The notes beneath the pieces are model-generated. The model saw nothing but the letters and a program-made list of their open reading frames with translations, searched no databases and had not been told where the DNA came from. This document shows positions 45,057 through 54,287 of a stretch of DNA of 64,000 nucleotides, piece after piece; positions within the stretch are counted from its first letter, which is position 1; each line of letters begins with the position of its first letter. This DNA comes from a bacterium (GTDB taxonomy: Bacteria; Ratteibacteria; UBA8468; B48-G9; DSTR01): the NCBI GenBank assembly GCA_029551285.1, contig JAKPFT010000024.1, positions 1,317 to 65,316 of the forward strand. Reading direction: 5' to 3'. Position numbers and translations under genes: made by a program.

Positions 45057-47411
45057 ATGAGCATGAAAAAAACTGTATTTTTCTTTCTGCTAACTGCAAC
45101 CCTGGTCCCGGGTCAGGAGGCTTCTCTAAGCCTCACCATTGACTCCCTGAAAGGTATTTACCTTGCGGCGCCGTTAGGCGAGGTGGAGCAGGAAACAGTT
45201 TCTTTTCTTCAGGAAGGTTTCCAGAAGTTTTACCAGGTTTCCCTGCCCCTTCTTTCTGAAAGTCTTCCCGAGCCAGTAGTGGTGCTTGGCCGAGCCGCGG
45301 CCCTGAAAGAAAAACTGGTCAGCGAATCCGAGCTGGAAGCCCTCAGGCCGGACGGCTACCTCATCCGGACCAGCCGTCAACGTCTGGTGATCGCCGGAGC
45401 AGACTCCTGGGCAACCTACTATGGAGTAGTGGGGTTTTTCCAGCAAGCCGGGGCAAAATTTTTCCGGGCCATCGCCGGAAAGTTCAAACCCTGGCCCTGG
45501 TTCCAGGTACCCTTTCCGGAAAATCCGGAGAGAAAAATTTCCCTTTCCCTGAAGGAGAAACCTGTCTTTGCCTACCGCTGTGGTGGGTGTCCTGTCTTCC
45601 GGCAGAGCCGGCTGGCTGACCCGAAGAAAGGCGCTACCCCGGAAATTTTTGATGCTGCTAAAACCGGTTCTAATCTGTGGATTGACCACACGGCCGGGTA
45701 CCTGGTGCCGAAACTTCTTTATTACGACCAGCATCCCGAGTACTACGCCATGGGCAAGGACGGTAAAAGAATTGCCAAAAACGGCTTCAATGACCATCAA
45801 ACTCCCCTTTGCCTTTCCCATCCTGATGTCACTAAAATCTCCATTGAGAGAGCCTTAGCCTGGATTGAGAAAAATCCGCACGAACGTTTCTTCATGATTA
45901 CCTACGGTGATACCAACTTCTGGTGTCAGTGCCCGGAATGCCTGAAGATGGACCCGGTCCCAGGGCAATACGCCACCAGACTTCTCACCTGGGTCAACGC
46001 CATCGCCAGGGAAGTAGCCAGGCGTTACCCGGACAAAATCCTGATTACCTTTGCCTATGCTGGTTCCGATACCGCGCCACCCGGGATCAGACCGGAACCA
46101 AATGTGTGGGTTTGTGGTTCCACGGGCCTGGGGAATCTTCCCTTCTGGGACCACGCTTTTGCCGGTGAGCCACCAGACTGGCTGAAGCAGAATATGGCCA
46201 AGGTTGATGGCTGGTTGAAAATTGCTCCCCACCAGTATCTGGTTTGCGAATACTTAAGCAACGTCTATCTTCCAGCCATGCTGGATACCACTGCTTCCAG
46301 ATTAAAGACTTACGGTAAAAAAGGATTGCGCGGAGTCCTTTTTACTTACGGGGCTCCAGCCAATTTCCGCAGCCTCTGGAATTATCTCTGGGGTCAGTTG
46401 ATGTGGAACCCGGACCAGGATGTGGAACAGCTCACCCGGGAGTTTCTAACTTTTGCCTATCCGGCTGCGGCCGAGCCGCTTTTCAGGTTTTTCCAGCTCA
46501 GCCGCCAGCGTTACCAGGAAACCCTGAAGGAGAAAGCCGGACTGGACCAGATGTATCCGAAGGGATACTACCAGGCTAAGTTTGTTCAGGAAGCCCTGAC
46601 CTGCTTTCAACAGGCTGAGGAAAAACTGGCCAAAGAAAATGCCCTGCTGAAAGAAATCCAGAATGAAGAAGCCCTGTTTCTGCAGAGCGTGTTAGAACAT
46701 CCCCCTGCACTGCAGTTGACTGAAGAACTGAGAAAAATTGTGGCTCTCGGCTTTAACCGGCTCAGTGCCCTGGGAAAAGCCACCGGCAAAACCGCTGACT
46801 TCTTAAGCCGTGTTAACAGCCTGGCGCTTGATGTTGAAAGAAGAATTCCCGGATACCGAGAGCTGATAGAAGAAGTTTTTGGTCAGTTGCCTGAAGGACA
46901 GCCGGTAAAACTTGCTGACGGCTTGCGGCTACCGCCGGAAATGTTTCTCCGGGCCGATTTAGGACCGACAACCAGCGCCGACTGGGTGCATCCTGACTAC
47001 AAGTTTCCCCCGAAGACTTACGTGGGGGTGCTGCAGTCAGCCAGGGACTCCCGGGGCCGGCCAACCAGTTCCGTGATGGTGGCAAAATTCAAACTGCTGG
47101 AGAAAATCTCTGGTCCGGCTACCCTGGAATTGGAAGGTCAGGACGCTATTACCAAATGGGCGGCTGGCAATCAGCGGGCAATGAGTTTTCAGGCCGCCAT
47201 GAAAATCAGCCTCAACGACCAGGAAATCTATTCCGGTCCGGCTGGTTTTGTCCGGGGCAACTGGTCACGCCGCAGTTTCCAGATTAAACCTGGAATTCTT
47301 CAGGCAGGAGAAAACACTCTAAAAATCGCCAATATCAGCCAGGGATGGGCCTTTTCCACCTGTTACCTGTTAATCAGCGATGCGGTACTGAGATGGGGTC
47401 AGTCCAATTAA
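45057..47411 (+). CDS. DUF4838-family glycan-active protein, paralog 1
   Basis: Signal peptide. GH20b-like N-domain (LVIAGADSWATYYGVVGFFQQAGAKFF). HPEYYAM; Cys cluster FWCQCPECLKMD; MWNPDQDVEQLTREF. C-terminal beta-sandwich-like tail. Confidence 0.85.
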   Translation: MSMKKTVFFFLLTATLVPGQEASLSLTIDSLKGIYLAAPLGEVEQETVSFLQEGFQKFYQVSLPLLSESLPEPVVVLGRAAALKEKLVSESELEALRPDGYLIRTSRQRLVIAGADSWATYYGVVGFFQQAGAKFFRAIAGKFKPWPWFQVPFPENPERKISLSLKEKPVFAYRCGGCPVFRQSRLADPKKGATPEIFDAAKTGSNLWIDHTAGYLVPKLLYYDQHPEYYAMGKDGKRIAKNGFNDHQTPLCLSHPDVTKISIERALAWIEKNPHERFFMITYGDTNFWCQCPECLKMDPVPGQYATRLLTWVNAIAREVARRYPDKILITFAYAGSDTAPPGIRPEPNVWVCGSTGLGNLPFWDHAFAGEPPDWLKQNMAKVDGWLKIAPHQYLVCEYLSNVYLPAMLDTTASRLKTYGKKGLRGVLFTYGAPANFRSLWNYLWGQLMWNPDQDVEQLTREFLTFAYPAAAEPLFRFFQLSRQRYQETLKEKAGLDQMYPKGYYQAKFVQEALTCFQQAEEKLAKENALLKEIQNEEALFLQSVLEHPPALQLTEELRKIVALGFNRLSALGKATGKTADFLSRVNSLALDVERRIPGYRELIEEVFGQLPEGQPVKLADGLRLPPEMFLRADLGPTTSADWVHPDYKFPPKTYVGVLQSARDSRGRPTSSVMVAKFKLLEKISGPATLELEGQDAITKWAAGNQRAMSFQAAMKISLNDQEIYSGPAGFVRGNWSRRSFQIKPGILQAGENTLKIANISQGWAFSTCYLLISDAVLRWGQSN

Positions 47412-47424
47412 CGAAGGAGAAAAA

Positions 47425-50250
47425 ATGGCGAGAAAAATGCTAATGCTGCTTCTGGTTTCCCTGATAGTCTCGGGAAACCTTTACTCTCTGGAAAAGGTGC
47501 TGGTTCTGGAAGACTGCCAGAGCAACCGCTGGCAGGGAAAAGGTGCACCACAGACCTGTCAGTACCAGCCACCTCTTGGCCAGGCAAGGCCGGGACTAAA
47601 GGTAAGTTTGCCAGCCGACATTTTCCTTCCTCTGGAGGCTAACTTAGAAGGAGCCGGCAGTCTGGCCTTACGCGCTGCTTACCAAAATCCGGTGAAAATC
47701 ATTCTGAGAATAAAAAGCGGGGAAGGCAATTTTTCCGTTCAGTTTTCCGCTGGTCCGGGTGAAGAGGTTGTTCTTCTTCCCCTGGGTGTCTTTGAACGGG
47801 CAGCCAGCACAGCCGGCTGGGAAAAAATTGACGGGATACAAATCCTGGCCGAAACTGACTCTCAGGCGAAAACCACCGGTTTCACCTTGCTGGGCCTTCA
47901 GGTCCTGCCGCCGACAACCACGGTGGCTGGCGAAGAGCTTTTCCTGGTGCGGCCGGTCAATAGAATCAATCCAGTTGGACACGCCTGGCCACTTTACGCC
48001 ATTCTGTCGGAAGCAGTCTATCCGGAGAAAACAGAGCAATCTCCACCGGTCTTGCAACGGTTGTTGAAGGAAATGTACGGTCTCACTCTGCCGGTCAACC
48101 CGAAAACACTCTCCGCTGCCCAAGGAATTAAAAATGTGATCCTGATGGGTCCGGAAGCGGCCCTCAAATCCGGTACAGTGAGCCGGACTCAACTGGAAGA
48201 ACTGGGCTATTTTGGCCTTTTCGTGAAAGCGGAAGACGGCTTGGTGACGATTGCCGGCCTTAACCGGCACGGCACCGCCTATGGCACCTATGCTTTCTTA
48301 GAAAAACAGGGCTGCCGCTTTTTCGGTGGAAACTGCCAGCAGATTCCACGGAAAGAAGAGAAAGTAGTTCTTGCCTGTCAGTTCCAGGACAAGCCCTTCT
48401 TTCCTGGACCGCGCATCGGGCCAGGCTATGAAATTTACGGAGCGCCCTCTGACGCCTGGGGACTGGCTAACAAGGCTGAAAACCAGGAGTTTTTCACTGA
48501 CATCTCCTGGGGATGGCGGGAACATACCGCCGGCTACCTGGTTCCCAGACAACTTTACTACGACAAACACCCTGAGTATTTCCGTCTTCAAGGAGATGGC
48601 ACCCGGTTACCGAAGGATACCAGCAATTTTCGTACTGTGATCTGTACCACCCATCCTGATGTCCTGAAGATTTCTGCCGAACGCGCCCTGAGATGGATTG
48701 GCCTGCAGCCTGACCGGAAGTTTTTCTCCATCACTCAGGGGGATGACCATGAGTGGTGCCGTTGTCCCCGCTGCCGCTCCATGGAGTACCAGAGTGGTAA
48801 TTACAGTGATATGATGCTTTACTGGGTTAACTATGTTGCCAGAGCGGTGGCGAAAAAGTATCCGGACAAAGTGCTGATTACTTACGCCTATGGTCCCACC
48901 CAGCCACCGCCGGTCAAGCTGAAACCGGAGCCCAATGTTTACGTTTTTTACTGCGCCTGGCCGAATGCCACTTCTGCGCCCTGTGGCATCCGGGACTTTG
49001 ACGCTCCGGAAAACTATCTGGCCAAACACGAAATTGAAGGCTGGCTCAAGGTGGCTCCTGGCCGGGTGGGACTTTACGACTACAACGCTTACGGCTGCTA
49101 CACCTTAAACGGGATGGCCTGGAAGGTTAAATGGTGCGCCCGTCGCAACATGTGCGGCTTTATGTATTGCGGAATCAACCAGTCCTTTCAGCCGCTGTTC
49201 CGCTATGTCCACTCCAAACTGAACTGGAATCCCTTGCTGGAAGTAGCAACCCTGAAGCATGATTTTATTTACGCTTATTACGGTGCCGCGGCACCGGTGA
49301 TGGAAAAAATTATCAACTCCATCTATGACCGGATTGAGTACGGTCACTATGATAGCCGTATGCACGGGGTTCCGCCGGCTGACTACTGGAGCAAACCTTT
49401 TGTTACAGAAACCCTGGCCCTTTTTGACCAGGCTATCTCGCTTTTGCCTGGGGACCGCCGGGGATTAACAAGCGAGGTAATTAAGGACCGAAACTGGTTT
49501 GTGGATAACTGCCTGGCCGCGACCAGACCAGCCGGCCGGAAATATACAGAGGAAGAACTGGAAGTCTTCGCTCTCTGCCTGAAGGAATACATCGCCAGAT
49601 GGCTGGCTGAACACGCTGAACAGGTAAACAAGGCCTGGAAAGAGAAGAAAAAAGCCCCTGGCTATGAGGAAATCGCCAGCAAACTCTGGAACTGGGCCAG
49701 AATCAAGGTGGAAACTGACCTGCCGGAAAACGAGGTGCCGCCTGTCCTGACAAGGTTGATGACTAACCCGGTGGAAACCATTAAGAAGGAGATGGTCACG
49801 AATTTTGTAGAAAAAATCCCGGACGGCTTACGTATCAGCGCTCACGCCTTCACCGGTGGCCAGGTGTGGTCAAAATACGGCTGGCTGTGTGAACCTAAGG
49901 ATGGGGCCATCGTGCGGGGAACAATGACAGAATTTTCCCGGATGCAGGCCAGATTCACCCTGGACCGGTTACCGCCAGGAGAAAAGGCTTTTCTGGAAAT
50001 AGAAGGACAGGATAGCGATAAGTACTGGTGCCAGCCGGTTCCCATTCAGATTCTGGTCAATGGCAGGAAGGTTTTTGAAGGACGCAACGGCTTCGTCAAA
50101 AGAGGATGGTCCCGTCAGACCTTTCCTCTGCCTGAAAATGTCCTGAAAACAGGCGAAAATGTGATTGAAATTCGCAACTTGGCCAACAGCGACAGTCTGA
50201 TTTCCCACTGGGTAATTATCCATGAGGTACTGGTAAAATTTCGCCACTGA
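47425..50250 (+). CDS. DUF4838-family glycan-active protein, paralog 2
   Basis: Signal peptide; VTIAGLNRHGTAYGTYAFLEKQGCRFF; HPEYFRL; EWCRCPRCRSME; LNWNPLLEVATLKHDF. Confidence 0.85.
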   Translation: MARKMLMLLLVSLIVSGNLYSLEKVLVLEDCQSNRWQGKGAPQTCQYQPPLGQARPGLKVSLPADIFLPLEANLEGAGSLALRAAYQNPVKIILRIKSGEGNFSVQFSAGPGEEVVLLPLGVFERAASTAGWEKIDGIQILAETDSQAKTTGFTLLGLQVLPPTTTVAGEELFLVRPVNRINPVGHAWPLYAILSEAVYPEKTEQSPPVLQRLLKEMYGLTLPVNPKTLSAAQGIKNVILMGPEAALKSGTVSRTQLEELGYFGLFVKAEDGLVTIAGLNRHGTAYGTYAFLEKQGCRFFGGNCQQIPRKEEKVVLACQFQDKPFFPGPRIGPGYEIYGAPSDAWGLANKAENQEFFTDISWGWREHTAGYLVPRQLYYDKHPEYFRLQGDGTRLPKDTSNFRTVICTTHPDVLKISAERALRWIGLQPDRKFFSITQGDDHEWCRCPRCRSMEYQSGNYSDMMLYWVNYVARAVAKKYPDKVLITYAYGPTQPPPVKLKPEPNVYVFYCAWPNATSAPCGIRDFDAPENYLAKHEIEGWLKVAPGRVGLYDYNAYGCYTLNGMAWKVKWCARRNMCGFMYCGINQSFQPLFRYVHSKLNWNPLLEVATLKHDFIYAYYGAAAPVMEKIINSIYDRIEYGHYDSRMHGVPPADYWSKPFVTETLALFDQAISLLPGDRRGLTSEVIKDRNWFVDNCLAATRPAGRKYTEEELEVFALCLKEYIARWLAEHAEQVNKAWKEKKKAPGYEEIASKLWNWARIKVETDLPENEVPPVLTRLMTNPVETIKKEMVTNFVEKIPDGLRISAHAFTGGQVWSKYGWLCEPKDGAIVRGTMTEFSRMQARFTLDRLPPGEKAFLEIEGQDSDKYWCQPVPIQILVNGRKVFEGRNGFVKRGWSRQTFPLPENVLKTGENVIEIRNLANSDSLISHWVIIHEVLVKFRH

Positions 50251-50262
50251 AAAGGAGACCCG

Positions 50263-53200
50263 ATGAAGACAAGAACAATCCTGATACTATTACTGGTCAT
50301 GGCTTCTGGCCTGGCTGCCTTTGACCTGCGGACGCTGAAGTCTATCCAGGTGGCTCAGCCAGTGGCCTGGCCGGAAAAAGAGGCCGCGGAAGAGTTAAAC
50401 CGGAGATTGAAATCCCTTTTGGCGCTGGAAGTCCCCATTGCCACCGGGCCGGTGCAGACCTCAGAACCAGCCATTTTCGTAGGACGAGAAGCCGCCACCG
50501 CTTCCGGCCTGGTCAGCAAGGACGAACTGGAAGCCCTCAGGTACGATGGTTACCTGGTCAGGATTTCCCCCTCGGGAATTGCCCTGGCCGGGTACCGTGC
50601 CAGGGGAACTCTTTATGCAACTTATGCTCTCCTGGAAAAAATGGGGCTAAAACTCTACCCGGGTCACCGCTCTTTAGGAACTATAGAAAGTATTCCCCGG
50701 ATAATGCCGACCTCCCTGCCTGAAGGCAGTTTCTCTTCCAGACCTTTTTTTGAATACCGCAGTCTCCTGGACTACCTTGACCGGGGAATGTTTGGAGGTT
50801 CCTGGCAGGACCTGGGTAATCCCCAGGAAGCCGCCAATCAGGAAATTCTTGGCCGGCAGGCACAAAAAACCTGGTTGCCAGGCGAGTGGCTGGGCAGTGA
50901 CCATACGGCCGCCTACCTGGTGCCGAAACAACTGTACTACGACAGCCACCCGGAATACTTTGCCGTCTCTGGCGGGAAACGGTTGCCCCGGGAAACTCTG
51001 ATGCAGAGAATGTCTCTTTGCCTGAGCAATCCTGAGGTTCACCGGATTGCTGCAGAAAGAATGCTGGAGTGGATGAATCTTCAGAACGACAGGAGGTTTT
51101 TCTACTGTACCGACGCTGACGCTGATGCCTGTCGCTGCGCGCAGTGCCTGGCCTTAGATTACTTCCATTACTACTGCACAGACCGTAACCTGGCCTGGGT
51201 TAATTCGGTGGCCAGCGCGGTGGCTAAAGCCCATCCGGAAAAAAGACTTTTTGCCTTCGCCTATGGTCCGACGGTGAAACCGCCGGTTAAGGAGAAACCA
51301 GCCGCCAACGTCATTGTGCTTTACTGTCCCTGGTACTGGAGCTCAGCAGGGGTGCGCTATGCTTCCTGGGCTCACCCTAAAAACATCACGGCCATGGAAG
51401 AATTCATGGGCTGGGCAATGAAGTTTCCTGACCAGATGGGTGTTTATGACTACCCGGGACATGGCGCCTGTCTCTGGCTGGCCGGCCATATAGACCGGGT
51501 CAAGTGGTATGCCAGGAATCGGGTAAGAACAGTTTACTGCTGTGGCACACCCACGCTCTTTGACGGTCTCTTTCTCTATGTCATCAGCCGCCTGAACTGG
51601 GATCCCTACCTTGACTCGGAAAAGCTGATAGAGGAATACGTCAGGGTAGCCTACGGCCAGGCTGCCCCACCAGTTTTGCAGTATCTTGAGTTAGACCGCG
51701 AATTAGCCACTTCCGGCCCAGGTCACATCCTTGCTGATAAGGAACATATGAGGCTGGGAAGAAATCTTCTGAGACAGGCCTGGCAGCTGGCCAGTAAGGA
51801 TTCTGCGGAGGTACAGTGTAAGTTAGCCTTTGACATCCTTACCTTCCTTACCGACCGCTTTTCTTACTTTGCCCCCCGGCGTCAGAGTTCTCTCTCCGAG
51901 CAGGAGATCCGGGAATATCAGGAAGATGTTATCTGGTATCTCAACAGCAGCCATCTTCTTATGGCCGAGGCACTCCGGAGAAAAAGTCAATGGCTGAAAA
52001 ATTCCCTGGAAAAGCAAATGAAGGAAACCCTGGAGTCCCTTAACCTGAAGTACGAAGAAATCGTGGAGGACCCGGCCAGGGATAAGAAGGAACCGCCTAC
52101 TCCGGAACAGATTAACAGCCGTATCATTGTCCATCCTGAAGTCATCATCAAAGAGCTATCACCAAAGTTAGAGCCGCCTTCAGAACGTCGTCTGGTCCCT
52201 ATCGTTGACCCTGCCCGGGAAAAGGAGGTACAGCCCTGGTCAGTGGAGTCAACCCTTCCGGAAACGGCCAGCAGCCCCGTCAAAAAATTATCTCAGGTCA
52301 ACCCGGGACAGTCGGTTCCTGCCGTCAGCGTCAGCCTCCCTTTGACTAAACTGCCCAGTTTTCACCTGCCCATTTCAGAAAAAGGAAAGAAAACTATTCG
52401 GGCCGGTTCCTTTGCTCTGGTTAAGAAATTAGCCACTCCGGTAAATATCTCCGGATGCGATTTCGTCGAGTTTCACCTGGCCAGTTCTACCAGTGTGCCG
52501 GCCACCTTTTACCTTGACCTCACCGGCATTACCGGGGTGCGCAGCGACATCCTTCTTCATCCCGGCGAGCAGATTGTCAGAATGGATTTAAGACAGCATG
52601 CCGCTTGCGCCTGGGCCAGGCAAAAAGAAAAATGGGACGGGACTATCTCCGGAGTGAAAATTGAATTCTGGCCCCAGGACAATTTTTATCCCCATCCTGA
52701 GGTTAAAGATGCAGAAGTACAACTGCTGAGTGTTTCTGCCATGAACTATTCCCACCAGCCATCAGATTTGCCCTATCAGGGGAAGGTCGTCTGGCTAACG
52801 CAGTTTCGGCCCAACCTCACCTATAATCTACCTGTGCCCAGGCAACTGTGGCGGAAACGACCCAACAAGACAGCCGATAGAGATAATTATGAAGGCGAAC
52901 GGTTCCGCACTTTCACGGCTGACCGGTGTCTGACACCGCTGCGGGCTATTCTGACCGGCCAGGGGGTTTCCCCGGCGGAAGTCAGAGCCGCCGAAGCCTT
53001 ACAAGCCTATCTGAAGAAACTCTTCGGAATAACCCTGCCTATAAATCCACCAGGCGCAAGCATTGACGGCCAGACGGGCAATGCCTTCCTGCTGGGCCAG
53101 GCGGCCGCTCTGGCCAGCCAGCGGGTCAGCCGGGAAGAACTCCAGTTTGCAGGACCTGAAGGCTTTGTTATCCGGGCCCACCAGGGTGTAGTAATTATTG

Positions 53201-53613
53201 CCGGTCTATCACCTGAAGGTACCGCTTACGGGGTCGCCCGGTATCTGGAAGACCACGGCGTCAGGTTCTTCCAGCCAGAGACCAGGGAAAAACTGCCGGA
53301 TTTAAGCGCTGCTTTCCTGCACGAACTCTACCTTCTGGACTGGCCTTACCTTTCCAGAAAAGGCTTAACGGCTGGCTGGCAGCTTGGCTGTCAGAACGCT
53401 TACCAGCCGGCTCCTTCTTCAGGAAGTCCGGCTGAGGTGGAAAAAATTGCCGAAGCCATTAAGGACTGCTGCCGGAAAAATCAGTCAGTTCCGGAGGAAC
53501 TCTTCAGCCAGGCTACCACATCCAACTTAGGCCTGTATGTAGCCGCCAAACTTCTCTGGAATCCTTTTCTGGATACCAGCCGGCTCATCAGGGAATTTGA
53601 AGAGAAAAAATAA
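50263..53613 (+). CDS. DUF4838-family glycan-active protein, paralog 3, with a degenerate second unit at the C-terminus
   Basis: Signal peptide; IALAGYRARGTLYATYALLEKMGLKLY; HPEYFAV; ACRCAQCLALD; LNWDPYLDSEKLIEEY. The last ~225 aa repeat the N-domain (VIIAGLSPEGTAYGVARYLEDHGVRFF) and the terminal LLWNPFLDTSRLIREF segment, but lack the Cys-cluster core. Confidence 0.85.
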   Translation: MKTRTILILLLVMASGLAAFDLRTLKSIQVAQPVAWPEKEAAEELNRRLKSLLALEVPIATGPVQTSEPAIFVGREAATASGLVSKDELEALRYDGYLVRISPSGIALAGYRARGTLYATYALLEKMGLKLYPGHRSLGTIESIPRIMPTSLPEGSFSSRPFFEYRSLLDYLDRGMFGGSWQDLGNPQEAANQEILGRQAQKTWLPGEWLGSDHTAAYLVPKQLYYDSHPEYFAVSGGKRLPRETLMQRMSLCLSNPEVHRIAAERMLEWMNLQNDRRFFYCTDADADACRCAQCLALDYFHYYCTDRNLAWVNSVASAVAKAHPEKRLFAFAYGPTVKPPVKEKPAANVIVLYCPWYWSSAGVRYASWAHPKNITAMEEFMGWAMKFPDQMGVYDYPGHGACLWLAGHIDRVKWYARNRVRTVYCCGTPTLFDGLFLYVISRLNWDPYLDSEKLIEEYVRVAYGQAAPPVLQYLELDRELATSGPGHILADKEHMRLGRNLLRQAWQLASKDSAEVQCKLAFDILTFLTDRFSYFAPRRQSSLSEQEIREYQEDVIWYLNSSHLLMAEALRRKSQWLKNSLEKQMKETLESLNLKYEEIVEDPARDKKEPPTPEQINSRIIVHPEVIIKELSPKLEPPSERRLVPIVDPAREKEVQPWSVESTLPETASSPVKKLSQVNPGQSVPAVSVSLPLTKLPSFHLPISEKGKKTIRAGSFALVKKLATPVNISGCDFVEFHLASSTSVPATFYLDLTGITGVRSDILLHPGEQIVRMDLRQHAACAWARQKEKWDGTISGVKIEFWPQDNFYPHPEVKDAEVQLLSVSAMNYSHQPSDLPYQGKVVWLTQFRPNLTYNLPVPRQLWRKRPNKTADRDNYEGERFRTFTADRCLTPLRAILTGQGVSPAEVRAAEALQAYLKKLFGITLPINPPGASIDGQTGNAFLLGQAAALASQRVSREELQFAGPEGFVIRAHQGVVIIAGLSPEGTAYGVARYLEDHGVRFFQPETREKLPDLSAAFLHELYLLDWPYLSRKGLTAGWQLGCQNAYQPAPSSGSPAEVEKIAEAIKDCCRKNQSVPEELFSQATTSNLGLYVAAKLLWNPFLDTSRLIREFEEKK

Positions 53614-53681
53614 GTCCGTTGGGTTGGAAAGGTGACTGGCACTGAATAAACCAAACCCGTACTAAAATTCCGACTAGTGAA

Positions 53682-53930
53682 AGTAGTGCAGAAGTGTGTC
53701 TGACTTCGGAAAGATTTCTGCGCACACGCCTTGCCGCAGACAAGACTACGCAGCTAATCGGTCGCGGGAGCGAACTCATTCGCCTTCTGGCGAACTGGAG
53801 ACACCGCCGGGTAAGGTGGGCGTCCCGGATTATGTTTTTCGGGAGGCTTACCGAACGCTGCCGCTTTGGCTGCTTGTCTTGTAGCTGCGCCATCGGGATA
53901 GCGTGGCTTGAAATCTCCCCTCGTTGACAC
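53682..53930 (+). ncRNA. Structured intergenic element, copy 5 (diverged; supplies covariation)
   Basis: The core 53733-53890 aligns to copies 1-4 at roughly 80% identity by eye. The flanks differ in sequence but remain mutually complementary. Confidence 0.55.
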
Positions 53931-53972
53931 CCTGGTTCTTATGTCGAAATTTTGGAAATCCGTGAGCCTGAC

Positions 53973-54001
53973 TTGACATTAATGCCGGAAGGTAATTTAC
54001 T
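53973..54001 (+). promoter_or_regulatory. Possible sigma70-type promoter for the small ORF at 54048
   Basis: TTGACA (53973-78), 17-nt spacer, TTTACT (53996-54001). The -10 matches 4 of 6 positions. Confidence 0.25.
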
Positions 54002-54047
54002 AAAAGGGGAAGCTGTTATCATACCTGTTGGCTGTTGAGTGACCGGA

Positions 54048-54260
54048 ATGAAAGATCAGTTTCCTGGAAAGCCGCCGATAGAGGAACTTAAAGGTAAATC
54101 TCCGGAAGAGATTGCAGCCATTGCCGAGGAGATTGCCCGGGCCAATTCTGAACCGGAGTACACTGTCTGGAGTCTGGCAAAACGACAAATTATTGTCCTG
54201 GTCGTTCTCTGGGTCCTGGCGCTGCTGGTACTGCTGCTGGTGCCATTTTTTGTTAAATAG
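54048..54260 (+). CDS. Small C-terminally anchored membrane protein (hypothetical)
   Basis: 70-aa ORF from the ATG at 54048. Acidic N-terminal half and one strong TM segment, IIVLVVLWVLALLVLLLVPFFV. Confidence 0.4.
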   Translation: MKDQFPGKPPIEELKGKSPEEIAAIAEEIARANSEPEYTVWSLAKRQIIVLVVLWVLALLVLLLVPFFVK

Positions 54261-54263
54261 AAA

Positions 54264-54282
54264 AAGGCTTTCCCCGGGCCTT
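54264..54282 (-). terminator. Weak hairpin plus U-run downstream of the usp gene
   Basis: Minus strand AAGGC-CCGGGGAAA-GCCUU followed by UUUUUC. Only a 5-bp stem. Confidence 0.25.
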
Positions 54283-54287
54283 CCCCT

